Positions 26,130 to 40,809 of a stretch of 64,000 nt of DNA are shown here, one piece after another (positions within the stretch are counted from its first letter, which is position 1; every line of letters starts with the position of its first letter). Position numbers and translations under genes: made by a program. The notes below the pieces were generated by a model. The model saw nothing but the letters and a program-made list of their open reading frames with translations, ran no database searches and had not been told where the DNA came from. Origin of the DNA: Macrostomum lignano (lineage: Eukaryota); NCBI GenBank assembly GCA_002269645.1, contig NIVC01000508.1, positions 1-64,000 of the forward strand. The letters are read 5' to 3'.

Positions 26130-26640
26130 AAACGCATCTTGGACGTGCTCAAGAATCCTCCGGCAGATGAAGAATACAGCAGGTTGAAGGAGCGGCTCGT
26201 CGTAGCCTACGGCCTCACCCGACAGCAGCGGGCCAGTCGCCTTCTCAACACATGACCGGGCTCGGCGACAGACAACCGAACGAGAGCTAAATAATGGATG
26301 AGATGCTCGCCCTGCTGGGGAATCACCGAACCTGCATGCTGTTTGGGGAGCTTCTCCACGAGCAGTTGCTACCTGACGTGCGATGCGGATTTCAGTGATC
26401 CAACAACGCGGCTGCGAAACGGGCCAAAAACCTAAGTGGTCCAGTCGACTGCCTCCGTCCATCAGTTGACGTCAGAGACGACCTAGCAACACTCGATGAC
26501 AGAGCGGGTGTCGGCGGCAAACAGAGGTAGCAGCCACCCCAGCAACCAGAGCCTGTCCTAGCCTGATGAGGGCCGCTACCGTTTTCACTGCCAGTTCGGC
26601 GCGAAGGCTTACCGCTGATCGGCAACTGATTTTCTGCGGC
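26130..26640 (+). pseudogene. Degenerate Ty3/Gypsy gag remnant
   Basis: Frameshifted translation gives NPPADEEYSRLKERLVVAYGL..RASRLL..GLGDRQP..MDEMLALLG..LFGELLHEQLLPDVR and RFHCQFGAKAYR, recalled Gypsy gag motifs including the zinc-knuckle-like HxxFGxKA. Confidence 0.7.
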
Positions 26641-29600
26641 ACCGCAGCCTGCTGGTGGATCTGCCGAATCTCCTGGACGTCCACTCGCTTGCCAGTGTAC
26701 ACCCGCTGGCTACGCTGGACTCAAAGGGGTATTGGCCTTGCATGCTGCTATTAGCTGCCGCAGCTTGAGGGCGGCACACACTAATTGAATGCCACTTGGA
26801 TTTGAGGACACGCTAGGCTTGAAAATGAAATAACTCTGCAGTGAAATTCCCCAGAAAATTAAACAATTCAATGGACTAAATCGATACCGTATTCTATTGT
26901 ATTGTACGTATTGTACTAGATGCGAGATCGAACTATAAAAAAGTACTACTCTCGGAACTTCCCCTCCCTAAGTCTTGGAGTCTTCATAGCGTTAAAGAGC
27001 TTATTACGAGCATCTGTCAATTGATAGCTTAATTAATATATGAATATCAACTTCAGGTCTTTTAGTCGGAGTGTACGTCATATCGCTGTTGGAGATTCTG
27101 TAACTTGTCGTCCAGCTGCTGCAGCTGATCGCCTTCAGAGTACGACCAGCTGCTTCAAAGAATTCCGCAGATTCAGCTGCAGTGCTGTGTCAATGGAGGA
27201 CGCTGAAAGCAAGACCCAGCAAGCGTCCAAGAATTCACACTCAGCAGCTCAACTTTTAGAGGCTGCTCGGCCTTCTCAACAGATGTGCCGCCGCCGAATC
27301 CGCCTTCAATTGCGGCGAGCCGCCCGGAAGAAGCCGGTGAAAGGAACTAATTCAACCCTGGCCTTCCTCGATTACGACAGGTTTTTATTAGCGAAAGCAA
27401 TAATGGCCTTGAAGTGATACATTTTGAAAGTATGGATGAACTTTATAGAGCATGGTCTATCCTGATCACATAATTAACGTAATGCAGTGTGGTGTCTGGC
27501 CTGTGGAGTGCTCTTGTACTTTTTGAGTTGTTTTGCGTGCGCCCTAGGCGGCCATCCCCAGACCAGTTCTGGCTGGATGGGGGAGGGGGCGCTCGGCCCG
27601 GCTTGAGTCTTTCCCCGCGGCGGCCACTGATTGGCTGGGCTTGTGTTTTTGTGTTTTTCTTTTCTAGCCCCCATTCAGTCAGATCTGCTCGGCGGCACGC
27701 TGATTGGCTGAGAGGTCATTTCTTTTGTTTGGCGTTTCTCTCTCTCTCACGCTGTCTGCCCCTCTACCCTGTTTAAATGGTATATAGTGCTCAAGCCTGG
27801 CCCAGCTCTTCTGAGGCCTTGCCGTAGCAGTGGTTTCATAGCTAGAGCGTCATCACGCCTGCGACTGTGACCACTGCAGCACAGCAGTGTTGTATATTGT
27901 GTATTATTGTAGTACTGTACCGGTTACTTTATAGTGTACAACCTACAGTATCGAAACTAGAAGCACTCGAGAGTGTCACTACACCTCGAGACGCAGCGTG
28001 AACTCTGAGTGTCCCGACACCAGAGGGATCGACCCATTATCGCAGAGCGTCGTCACGCCTGCTCGTATCCATAAAAGTACCGACAGCGTCACTACGCCTG
28101 TTATACGAGTATTTTGTATAACATGTTGTACATTGGCTTTGCACTTACCTGCCAACTAGTGTCTTTTTGCTGTCAATCTCGAAGTCATAGCCGATGATCG
28201 GGGACACTGCTGGGACTAGATCGCATTGGCCATGTAGGTACAGAGGGGACTTGTGCAGGGGATTCTTGCAGTGGCGAGTCTATGGGGTAGCTACATGTAC
28301 TATTACATTGCTAAATACGAAGAATTGTACTTTTGTCCTTCAACGCACCAACTAGCCTCTCATAGCGCTGATGATAGACTAACTCGAACTTCAGAGACCG
28401 CATGATTCATTACCCGAGCCGCTTGGCTAACCTAAAGTGCACAGAGTACATCTCTGGAGCCGATTCTGCACTATTGGCAATTTCGCTAACTGATTTGATA
28501 GATTGATCGACTGAGAACTGCTTTGCCATTGGTCCACTGTGACCGGCACCTACTAGCTTAGCCACTCATCTGAGCCATCGGCGAACAAAGAAATAAAACC
28601 GATAAAATAACTGTCAGATTTAACCTTCTCCTTAAATCACTTCACACCTCAGATTGAATTGGAGTTTCAGACTACTAGCAGTATTATTGAATGACTTCTG
28701 CCTCAGCGACAGCACTACTGAACAAAATGAGCAAAAGAGTAAATGAGCAAAAATTCAGCTACTGAAACAGGGGACAGATGGGGGATCACCCAATCAAGCA
28801 AGTCCAGGTAGCCTCTCACCCAACCAATCAGAAACTCAACGGCCGGAGACCAGGTAATCCACAGTGACCGAATCGGCTTGATGCTCTGTAGCTCTAGACT
28901 CGGGATGATGCTGTCACAGTCTTCGCAGATAGCTAGCAGGCGATGCTCTTCGTTTGTTGTTCGCTGCTGATGACCGGGGGACTCGTCCTTGATGATGATG
29001 GGGGGAAGTCGCAATCCGGGGATCAAGAAACGACGGTCGCGCTCCGGGAACCAGAAGTTGCGTGCTGGGCCCGAGCAAGTTGGAGTCCGAGCGGGCCGAA
29101 AACACCGGTTTAAATAGCCGCCAACTGGACCGCAGTTTGTTATAATGGAACACGTCGATTCTGATAGGCTGAGCCGATTTGTTAAAATGAGCGCCGAATT
29201 TTTTGATTGGCTAAGCTTGTTGCTACCCAGAATCACGTGATCGGGAGATCCTATCAGTTCCCACAGGGTCGTAAATAGATGACAGGTGCGGCCATAAATC
29301 AATCAAAATCGCAACAAAATGATTTATGACTTTTCGCGTAGGATTGACAGAAATTAATGAAAAAATATACATTAGAAAGCTCTTATTAAATAGAAATTGA
29401 AGATAATGAAGAGAAATCACTAATCGCTAATCCCAAGGTACTTTTATGGGTAAAACGCATAGCTGTCAAAGCTGTCACACGCTTGAGTGAACACGAACAA
29501 TAGGCTCTGACCCCATAAATCTTGATGGCCTGTCAAAATGATGAGAAAAAAGCTACCGCCCGCATCCTCTCAGACCATCTGGCGCCCGCCTCAACACTAA

Positions 29601-29869
29601 GTGAGGCGCAGGTGGCTGTCAGACCAGCTTCGAAAGCGATGATTTATGACCCAAAAAGCTGCGCCTATGTTATTATGACTACTAGTATGACCAAGCATTA
29701 TATCTAGTATAGATCACAGATACTAAATACTGTATAGATATAGGTTTATTATCTGTTTTATTATCTGTGGTATAGATTCTATGACAATTCGCAGAAAAAG
29801 GATAAAAATGCCCATTGCCCACTGTTAGTAGGCTGGTAAGTTTAGAGCCCATGTGCTAGCGCGGGGTTT

Positions 29870-30940
29870 GGAAAAAAGTGCGTCCTCATCATGGGCATAT
29901 ATCAAGGACGCCGGGAACGTGCTCATTATCGTGGACTCCTTCGGACTCCTTCTCTGGGTGGATTGAGGCATTCCCCAGTGGGTCGGGCGAAAACTTCATC
30001 GCTTCTTTGCGCACTGTGTTCTCTCGGTTCGGCGTATCCGAAACTGTGGTGTCAGACAACGCTCCGGAATTCACAGGCGATCCTGTCGGCACCTGGCTGA
30101 AAGCTAATGGCGCGACAAAACTGGAATCCCCTCCATATTATTTTCAAGCGAACGGTTCAGCGGAACGAGCAATTCAAACCGTGAAGGCTGCACTGCGCTC
30201 CTGGACTGAGCGCATCACCCGCCTGCCGTTCATCTCCTTTCTGCAGAAGGTACTTATGCATCACCGCAACTCCGCCATGAGTCGAGGAAAAAGCCGAGTT
30301 GGTTTTTGGACGACGCCTGCCAGTTCCCGTGGTTTCAGCATTCGACCAAGGTGAGCCTGTTCTGTACAAACCATCCGATGCTGTTGGACAGCCCGCGAAA
30401 TTCCTGATGACTGCGGGACGCAACACAGCCTGGGTTTTGGCGAATGGCCGCCTACAGTTTGCTAGCATCAACCAAATCGCCATACCATGGTGCTGACATC
30501 GACGATGGTGAGGCGGAAGAGGGTGATGCTACACCGGCAACGACCCCGGATGACAATGGACAGCATCCAACGTCCACGCTGAGACGGAGCTCAGCGTTCG
30601 GCAGCAACCGAACAGATTCACTCCATATAAACTCAGAACTCATACCTATAGCTAAGATCGTCACTAGTTTAAATGCGCTTAGTGTTTACTGATATTTAAA
30701 CTGTTCCACTATATGTACTTGTTTGCGGATCCCATTCGGAGGGGGACATGAAGCGCATTGTAAATGCACTTAATAGTTATAGCTCATACTCGTATTTTGC
30801 CTATTAGCGTTTACCTGCATATTGCCCCATTCATTTATGTCTATGGCTACAACCTTAATTAGAACCCTTGCTATTGCATTCCCCTGAGCGTGTCTCCTCT
30901 CTAAGCGGCTCACGTATAAAAAGTGAAAGATTACGCGACA
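29870..30940 (+). mobile_element. Ty3/Gypsy LTR retrotransposon 3' remnant: integrase core, polypurine tract and probable short 3' LTR (about 30749-30940)
   Basis: DSFSGWIEAFP..LRTVFSRFGVSETVVSDNAPEFT..ESPPYYFQANGSAERAIQTVK (rve D,D35E); frameshifted LVFGRRLPVP; GGAGGGGG PPT before TG at 30749; TATAAAA at about 30915. No 5' LTR was found. Confidence 0.8.
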
Positions 30941-31591
30941 TAGCAATCAAATACATGTAAGCACAGGATCACAAGACATAACAGTACATGTATCCACGGT
31001 CTGCACTGGGTGCAGTTGAACATAGGGTCTGCCTCCTATCGAAAGCAATAACAATTTTAATACGTAAAAAGTGGAAATTTCGTATCTCCATAGTGTATTT
31101 TTCGACGAAAACAAGCCTCCTTAAGATCATATATGGAGTAGTCCTTGTTAGTATAATCTGCGCTTCCGGGTGGCTTCTGCACTCAGACCGGGGCTTCTGT
31201 GTCGGGTGATTGATTCGGCCAGCCGGTTGAGCCAACGTCATTCACTATGCTTTCGCGTAATTACATAACCGTAAGACAGCCAGCCAGTCAGTCGCGACTT
31301 TGTCAGGCTGCGGGTCGGGCTGCGCGAAGGCACAGCCGTTCCTCACCTATGCCTGAACTTTTAAGGAACAGAAAATTTTTTAGTGCGAAAATTGTTTGAC
31401 TAGAATTTATATCGACCTACTTTTTTCTGCAATAATTCGCCTCGCAAAGTCTTTTTGTTATATATTTGTTATACTTTATATACTATACATTTGAGGGCTC
31501 ATGCGCGTCCGTGTAAGAGGATCTGGCCCTTGCCTAGCCGGCTGTAAGGCAGCGACAACAGCGGCAGGTGATTTGATCCACCAGTAGCTAG

Positions 31592-32293
31592 CCCAAGGAC
31601 GACTTAAGTAGAAGGACGGGAAACCTCGTTTCTTAGAAAAGTTTTGAAGGCACTTTTTCCCGAAAAAATACACTACGGAGATAGGAAGTTTTCATTTTTT
31701 CAGCACAAAAATTGTTATTGCGTTTGATAGGAGGCAGATCCAGTGTTCATCTTGTGATATGTTGCGCCTTTTTTATTGCTCTATCGATATTTATAAAGCT
31801 TTTCGTTCAGAAAATTAGGATTCTATGTTAATTTTTTATTCTACGTATATTTCCTGTATCTAAAAATCACAAAAATGCATGACACAGCTCCAATATTTGG
31901 TTTTATGAACCTATTTTATCATCTCTGTTACAAATATTTGCTACACAGTCGGGTAAGAATGATAAAAAAGACTCATGAAGCTAAAGAGCCGAGCCGTGGC
32001 ATTCTAATGTATTTCAAGCACAAGACACATGAAAATATACGTAGAATAAAAAATTAACATAGAATCCTAATTTTCTGAACGAAAAGCTTTATAAATATCG
32101 ATAGAGCAATAAAAAAGGCGCAACATATCACAAGATGAACACTGGATCTGCCTCCTATCAAACGCAATAACAATTTTTGTGCTGAAAAAATGAAAACTTC
32201 CTATCTCCGTAGTGTATTTTTTCGGGAAAAAGTGCCTTCAAAACTTTTCTAAGAAACGAGGTTTCCCGTCCTTCTACTTAAGTCGTCCTTGAG
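31592..32293. mobile_element. Foldback/MITE element of about 700 bp with about 260-bp near-perfect TIRs
   Basis: 31592-31853 is the reverse complement of about 32033-32293, with a spacer of about 180 bp. CTAG flanks both sides (31588-31591 and 32294-32297). Confidence 0.9.
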
Positions 32294-33734
32294 CTAGCCT
32301 AGTTGCCTAAATGGGACTTTCATATTGCTTGTTATGGTTCCAGAACCAGAACCAATTTGTGAAGTATAACTTTTTGTCTCCATAACTAGAGGGAGATACG
32401 TGCTATAAAGTTTTTATTATTGAATGACAATCGCCAAGAAGAAAGTGAAAAATTGTGCTAATTGAGGTTGTTAAGGCAGTCAAACATTCAACAGAATTAA
32501 ATAGTTATACTGCTGTTTTTCTTGGAAGATCCGAACCGATTCTTATTCTGGAATTGGTATTATGAAAAGCCTCATGGAGTGGAGGCCGTGGTTGGACGGA
32601 TCCTGTCTATGGCCAGCAAGCTGCACACGCGCATGTTTAAATAACCATCTTTGCTCAACAATATTACAATATTAAAATAGTAAAATATTAAGTTATACTT
32701 AATAACTTAATACAGTTATTATAGCATGACACATTACACATAGCCCATAGGCCTAACTAATTTCAAACAAAAAATTGGTGGTTCTCAATAAATAAAAGGC
32801 TTAGGGCCTAAAAAGGCTTGGGCAAAATTGGAGGATTGCCCAAGTTACTAATAACAAGGCTAATAATAATATAATTGTTTTCTTTCTATTTAGTATTTAT
32901 TTATTATCATCATTGTAAGGCCTACACATTTAACAAATAATAATATTAGCATTGATAGATAGAATAGGCCTAGTGTAACTATGCCTAGGCCTATTGCAAT
33001 ATTTTTTCTTCTTTCTTTGAGTTTAGGCCTTATTTTACTTTTAACAGTAATTTTATTGCATTGTTAAAGTGTTAATAATAAAAAACTACTTTTTAAAATT
33101 TGCTTTTTCATGAATATTTAACAAGTCACAAGAGTCAAGACCCTTGGCCTTTATGAAAAAATCTTTAGCTTAAAATGTCATTGTAAAATGCAAAGCCAAA
33201 TAGACAAATATATATAGCTGATACTATAGGCCTAATCTTTTTTAAATTTTAAATTAGGCTTAAATCATAATTCATCTTTTATAGGGGCCTATTAATAGAG
33301 GCCATAGGCCTAGTAGGTAGGCCTATATTTGTTTGTTCTACTTTGGAAAACAATCTTACTCTTAATAGTAATACCAAATTATAGTAGGCCTAGGCTAGGT
33401 GCTAGGTCTAGCGCCCAGTGGTTTGGTTTATTTTCCTTTCATAATTGTTATCTGGGTTTATTTTTTGTACGTAGAGTATGCGTATGCACCTTAAATTTAA
33501 AAACTGCACCCTGAAATTGAAACATAGATGCAGTTTAGGTGTAGTCTTATAACCTATTTATAGGCCTAACCTAATTCGCACTGCCTTGAAATAAGAAAAA
33601 AGAGAAATTTGCACTTTGAGCCTTAAAATTGCACCATGAAAGTGAGCATAGGGTGTGATTTTGCACATTGTCTCTGGCAAAAAAGAAAACCCTGATTGTT
33701 ATGCATTTTTCTTTTAAAACTTAATAAATAAATA

Positions 33735-34149
33735 GGTCATTCTATAACAAGAGGGTCCTATCATATTTGTGAACTTTAAGGGGGTAAGCACTTGTAACTT
33801 TTGAACCATAATCAATATAACAAAGCTCAAAAAGCAATATGTCAAACTTATATATATTTCATATAGCTGTTTATGAATTCTAAAATAATTAAATTATTAT
33901 AGACCTATAGTTAGAGAATATTTATAAACTATGCTAATAGTCATTTTTTATTACCAAATGACTGTCAGCATAGTTTATGCTCTGCTATGTGTTCAGTTGT
34001 TTTAGAATTCATAAGCAGCTATATGAAAAACATAGAATTAGAAGTTTGATATATATTGCTTTTTGCAACTTTGTTTTATCTAATTTAGTTCAATAGTTAC
34101 AAGTGCTTACAGTTCAAAAACACAATGGGACCCTCTTGTGGAATGACTC
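33735..34149. mobile_element. Old, diverged palindromic MITE
   Basis: Nested inverted pairs: ACAAGAGGGTCC/GGACCCTCTTGT, GTAAGCACTTGTAACT/AGTTACAAGTGCTTAC, AAAAAGCAATAT/ATATTGCTTTTT, ATGAATTCTAAAA/TTTTAGAATTCAT and ATAAACTATGCT/AGCATAGTTTAT. Confidence 0.75.
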
Positions 34150-34206
34150 AAATTAATTATACATTTTTGATAGTTAGTCTAATCTAATGTAATACATGTA
34201 TAGCCT

Positions 34207-34505
34207 CATACATGCGCAACAGTCGGCCGAGTCGGCCGATCCGGCCGACCGATTTGGTGGCCAACCAAGGAAGTCGCAAAAATGCCCACCCGAAAAAAAC
34301 GCCCAAGTAGTAGTACTAAGTAGCTGACGAGGCATTTTAGCTTAATAAGACAGTCATAGTTACTCCTGCCGTTTACCCAAAGTTGCATCAATTTTGCTTT
34401 AGGGTTTTTCTACATGTAAGTCGCATTTTTGGCAAAAAACTACGTCGCATTTTTGTTAAAACTAAGTCGCACGGCCGACCGAATTTTGGAGGTTGCGCAT
34501 GTATG
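34207..34505. mobile_element. hAT-type MITE (299 bp) with 14-bp TIR and 8-bp TSD
   Basis: TIR CATACATGCGCAAC / GTTGCGCATGTATG; TSD TATAGCCT at 34199-34206 and 34506-34513. Confidence 0.92.
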
Positions 34506-36529
34506 TATAGCCTAAGTAGTTATATGTACTAGTTTTAATTCTAGGCATTAGGCCTTATCAAGATTAGAGGGTTACACTTGTCATTTCATTCTTCTTAATA
34601 TCTTTGACCTTTTGCATAGGCTTTTAATTTAAACTTATCTTTAGTATATTTCTATTTTTTATCACTATTCTTAGGTTATAGGATCTCGCTCAAAAGTTAA
34701 TAATAGCTTTTTTAAACTATACAGGGCCTTTATTGATTATATAATGATTATTGAACCATTAAAGATTTAGCCTTAAGAAATAGGTGAATAAGCAGTATTT
34801 GACACCCATTAATAAAATATTTTTGAAAATCTCTTTATCTTTTTAGATAGTCTCTTTTTATTTTACTTAGCTTTAGTGCAAAAAACATTTTTTAAATTTT
34901 TTTCTTATTGAAAATTATATATTTTTATTTTTCCTTTTTATATATTTTTGATAATTATAAACAAGAGTTAATTTTTATATTACTTTTAATTAGATTTTTG
35001 TATACTTGATAAGTTAAAAATGTGTTTTTGATTTAATCTTCTTAAACCATTTTATGTTATAATACTCCAATGAGAAATCAACACTAAAATTGATTTATTA
35101 TATTTATAAACTCAATTAAAACTAAATGTGACATTATTGATACTTGTATATTTAATTTTTATTTATAATTAAGCTTTTTTGTATGCATGCTTTGTATAGC
35201 CTTATAGGTAATGGTCTAATGCAATTTAATCAAATGAACAGCTTTCCAAAATTAAGAAAATATATTAATTTAACTAAATAAATAATGCTTTTTGGTAAGG
35301 TAAAATAAGAGTATTGTAGAGCATTTATTATTGGTATCATTTGTACTAATAAATATTTCTATTTATTAGATTTAATTTTTAATTTAATCATCATGAATCA
35401 GGGCATTAAAAGACAAACTGGGATATCAAAATGTTTAGTAAATACAAACAAAAAGGTTGTTTCAGTAGTATTAGCAGGCATAATAGACAGTTATAAAAAT
35501 TAGGTAAGAAATCCAAGCAATACCCAGATGCAAGCAATCCCTAGATGACATTGATTTGCCTATTCTTACAAGATCTGACTTGAGCTTCCCAATAAGTTCT
35601 TACTAGAGCCCACAAGATCTATACCATTCAAATGTATAAGCAGATCTTACATTATCTGCTAAGATCTTACAAGGCAAATCTGGAAAGATCTTGACCAAGA
35701 TCTGCTAAAATATGCAAAGATCTATATGTAAGAAAACATGCTCAACTTGAATTTCTGAGCAGATCTGCAGAGCCAAATTAATTAGCCTATTTGCAAGTGT
35801 ATGCATGTTTAACTTTAGATGTTTATAAAACTATTTACTCACATTTAGCTTAAAGCAAAAATTGATTGTCAAAGATGTGCAAAGAAGAATATTAGCAAAA
35901 TTTAGTAAGATGCAAAGAAAAAACGCATGCAAATATACAATAATTTGAACATTGAAAACTATAAGTTATCAATTATTAATGGAAAAATCTAATGGCACTC
36001 TTATGAGGCTATAGAACTTTCATCCTTTATTTAATAATCAAAAAATTGCCCTTAATTATATCCTAGTTTATACAATTTAAACCCAATGATTACACCTTTA
36101 AAGAGTAAAGTTGAAACTATTTTAGTTTTAGTGTTTATCCATTGACATACATTAAGAATTTATAGTAGCAAAAAACAAATATTATATTCAAGCATAAAAA
36201 ATGTTAAATGGGGCAATTAAATGTGTGGATTTCAGTTGGCATAAAACAGCAATATATTAACATAAAAATATTACTAATTCAGTACAATGACTAATTACAG
36301 AAAGCATAAAACATAATCATGTGGGCAGCCATGCATTCAACATAAAGTTAAGAAATACTTAAAACACAAAAAACTAAAAAACAATCAGTAACTAAAATAA
36401 TAGTGTCTGCAGTGTGGACATAGCAGATTCATCTGCTGATTGATGAGACAGTTAGAATCGATGGCAAACGTTTTTCAATACATATGGCATATGAGAGATC
36501 AATTTGGCAATTGCGAGATTGTAGTAGCG

Positions 36530-37223
36530 GCAGCGAGACTAGACTTGGATCGGCGAGACTAGACTGGGATCGGCAATACTAGACTGGGATCGGCGAGACT
36601 AGACTGGGATCGGCAATACTAGACTGGGATCGGCGAGACTAGACTGGGATCGGCGAGACTAGACTGGGATCGGCAATACTAGACTGGGATCGGCGAAACT
36701 AGACTGGGATCGGCGAGACTAGACTGGGATCGGCGAGACTAGACTGGGATCGGCGAGACTAGACTGGGATCGGCAATACTAGACTGGGATCGGCGAGACT
36801 AGACTGGGATCGGCGAGACTAGATTGGGATCGGCAATACTAGACTGGGATCGGCGAGACTAGACTGGGATCGGTGAGACTAGACTGGGATCGGCGAGACT
36901 AGACTGGGATCGGCGAGACTAGACTGGGATCGGCAATACTAGACTGGGATCGGCGAGACTAGACTCGAGTAGACTGGGATCGGTGAGACGAGACTGGGAT
37001 CGGCGAGACTAGACTGGGATCGGCAATACTAGACTGGGATCGGCGAGACTAGATTGGGATCGGCAATACTAGACTAGGATCGGTGAGACTAGACTGGGAT
37101 CGGCGAGACTAGACTGGGATCGGCAATACTAGACTGGGATCGGCAATACTAGACTGGGATCGGCAATACTAGACTAGGATCGGCGAGACTAGACTGGGAT
37201 CGGCGAGACTAGACTGGGATCGG
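36530..37223. repeat. 20-bp minisatellite (AGACTGGGATCGGCGAGACT)n
   Basis: Unit read directly; two alternating variants (GAGACT and AATACT). Confidence 0.95.
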
Positions 37224-37396
37224 TTTATCTGTTTTGACAGATAAATGTTGTATGTAAACATTGACGAATTTACTAGTTAACTTACTTAACTTTTCCTTGA
37301 TACTTTACTACTAGTAGTTGTATGTAACTTGATTTGTAGGTAGCAAAATGAATTATTGTATTTAATTTGATTCCAGTTAACACAACAGCAACTATA

Positions 37397-39106
<1,710 letters not shown>

Positions 39107-40104
39107 GCTTGAGAAAAAATATTTTTGACCAGACTTTGACCGCATTGGCGTCAAAAAAACGAAGTTAGTATTTTATTAAAATGTATTTGAATTTTAAATA
39201 CAAACAATGATTTACTTTTATTTTATCTAATGTCATTCGTTTCCTTAACTTTTTTGCAACGACGTATATTAAAACTAAGGTAAATATCGATCTATTTATG
39301 TACTTTTATTGCAATCAAATTTTCACACCGGTTTCGCTAGTTTTTTGTGTATAAATCATAATTCAATTTTTCGGCATGCATTTGTTCGCAGTTGCTAAAG
39401 TAGTTTGTAAATAAATTTTTCCTCTCAAACATGTCGCAGTGCTTATTTTATTTTTATTTATCGAATTTTAAAAAATTCAACTTTTATTATAATTTGTCTA
39501 GAAAAATACACTTGAAATGTTTATTGCTCTACTATGAGTAGACTTTTGCGAGCATGACTTGAAGCTATATATATTTTTTGTGCAACAATTTGCTATTACG
39601 ATTTATTACTGTATTGCTCAATGGTATTGCTATTGCAAGTTGCTTCCTAAACTGTGTGCCGTTACCCACACACTGTACTTTCTGTAACTAAATGTGTTTA
39701 CGTTTACTTTTTGTGTCAATGATTATCATAGTCGGGGCGAAGTTTTTCTGCTTTTTTTTCTCTTCTCGTATACAGTTGTGCAATAAAAATATATGTCGAA
39801 TATTTTATAAGGCCACGCGATTTGCTTGTTTGTTAATTGGCTCTCCTTGTTATTTAATAATTATAAACAGTTAGAATTATTCATTAAGAAATTTTCTAAA
39901 GTTGACGCTGCAAGAGTGCAAATGGGTTTTTAAGATCACATAGAATCAGTTTTCATAGAATCTAGTAGAAGCAGGTTTTTTAGAATCCAAGATAATCACG
40001 TTTATAATGATGCAGAGTAGAATCGAGTTTCTAAGAATCCAGGAGAGTCAAATTTCTTATAATAGGGCAGAATCATGTTTGTTAAAATCTAAGAGTAAAA
40101 CCAG

Positions 40105-40680
40105 CTTTCTTAGAATCCAGAGTAGAATTAGCTTTCTTAGAATCCTGTAATTATCGAGTTTTGTTAGAATCCACTAGTTATCGAGTTTTCTTTGAATCCA
40201 GTAGTTATCGGGTTTTCTTAGAATCCAGTAATTATTGGGTTTTCTTAGAATCCAGTAATTATCGGGTTTTCTTAGAATCCAGTGATTATCGGGTTTGCTA
40301 GAATCCAGTAATACCGGGTTTCTTAGAATCCAGCATTATCAATTTTCTTAGAATCCAGCATTATAAAGTTTCTTAGAATCCAGCATTATAAAGTTTCTTA
40401 GAATCCAGCATTATAAAGTTTCTTAGAATCCAGCATTACCAAGTTTCGTAGAATCTAGCATTATCAAGTTTCTTAGAATCCAGCATTACCAAGTTTCTTA
40501 GAATCCAGCATTATCAAGTTTCTTAGAATCCAGCATTATCAAGTTTCGTAGAATCTAGCATTATCAAGTTTCTTAGAATCCAGCATTACCAAGTTTCTTA
40601 GAATCCAGCATTATCAAGTTTCTTAGAATCCAGCATTACCAAGTTTCCTTAGAATTCAGTGTTATCAGGTTTCTTAGAAT
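40105..40680. repeat. 25-bp minisatellite (TTCTTAGAATCCAGCATTATCAAGT)n just upstream of ABCB7
   Basis: Unit read directly. Confidence 0.92.
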
Positions 40681-40809
40681 GCTGAGTAGAATCAGGTGTA
40701 TTGGAATCTAGCAGAATTATTTTTCCCGGAAATCATTAGAAAGCTGCGTAATAAACTCCATAAACAATGCTGCAATCCAAATATACTACTTATTACCCGA
40801 CAACGCCAG

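Noticed and set aside
26563-26620. Hammerhead ribozyme cores (CTGATGAG at 26563, CTGACGAG at 16853, minus-strand CTGATGA near 14590 and 14965)
   Set aside because: None has a stem II followed by GAAA; the 26563 site lies within the gag remnant.
28715-29302. 195-aa minus-strand ORF next to the integrase remnant
   Set aside because: It has no recognisable motif or splice context; it is probably retroelement-associated or chance.
37226-37248. Small hairpin TTATCTGT-TTTG-ACAGATAA upstream of the 37.4-kb gene
   Set aside because: An 8-bp stem is expected by chance in 64 kb, and nothing else supports it.
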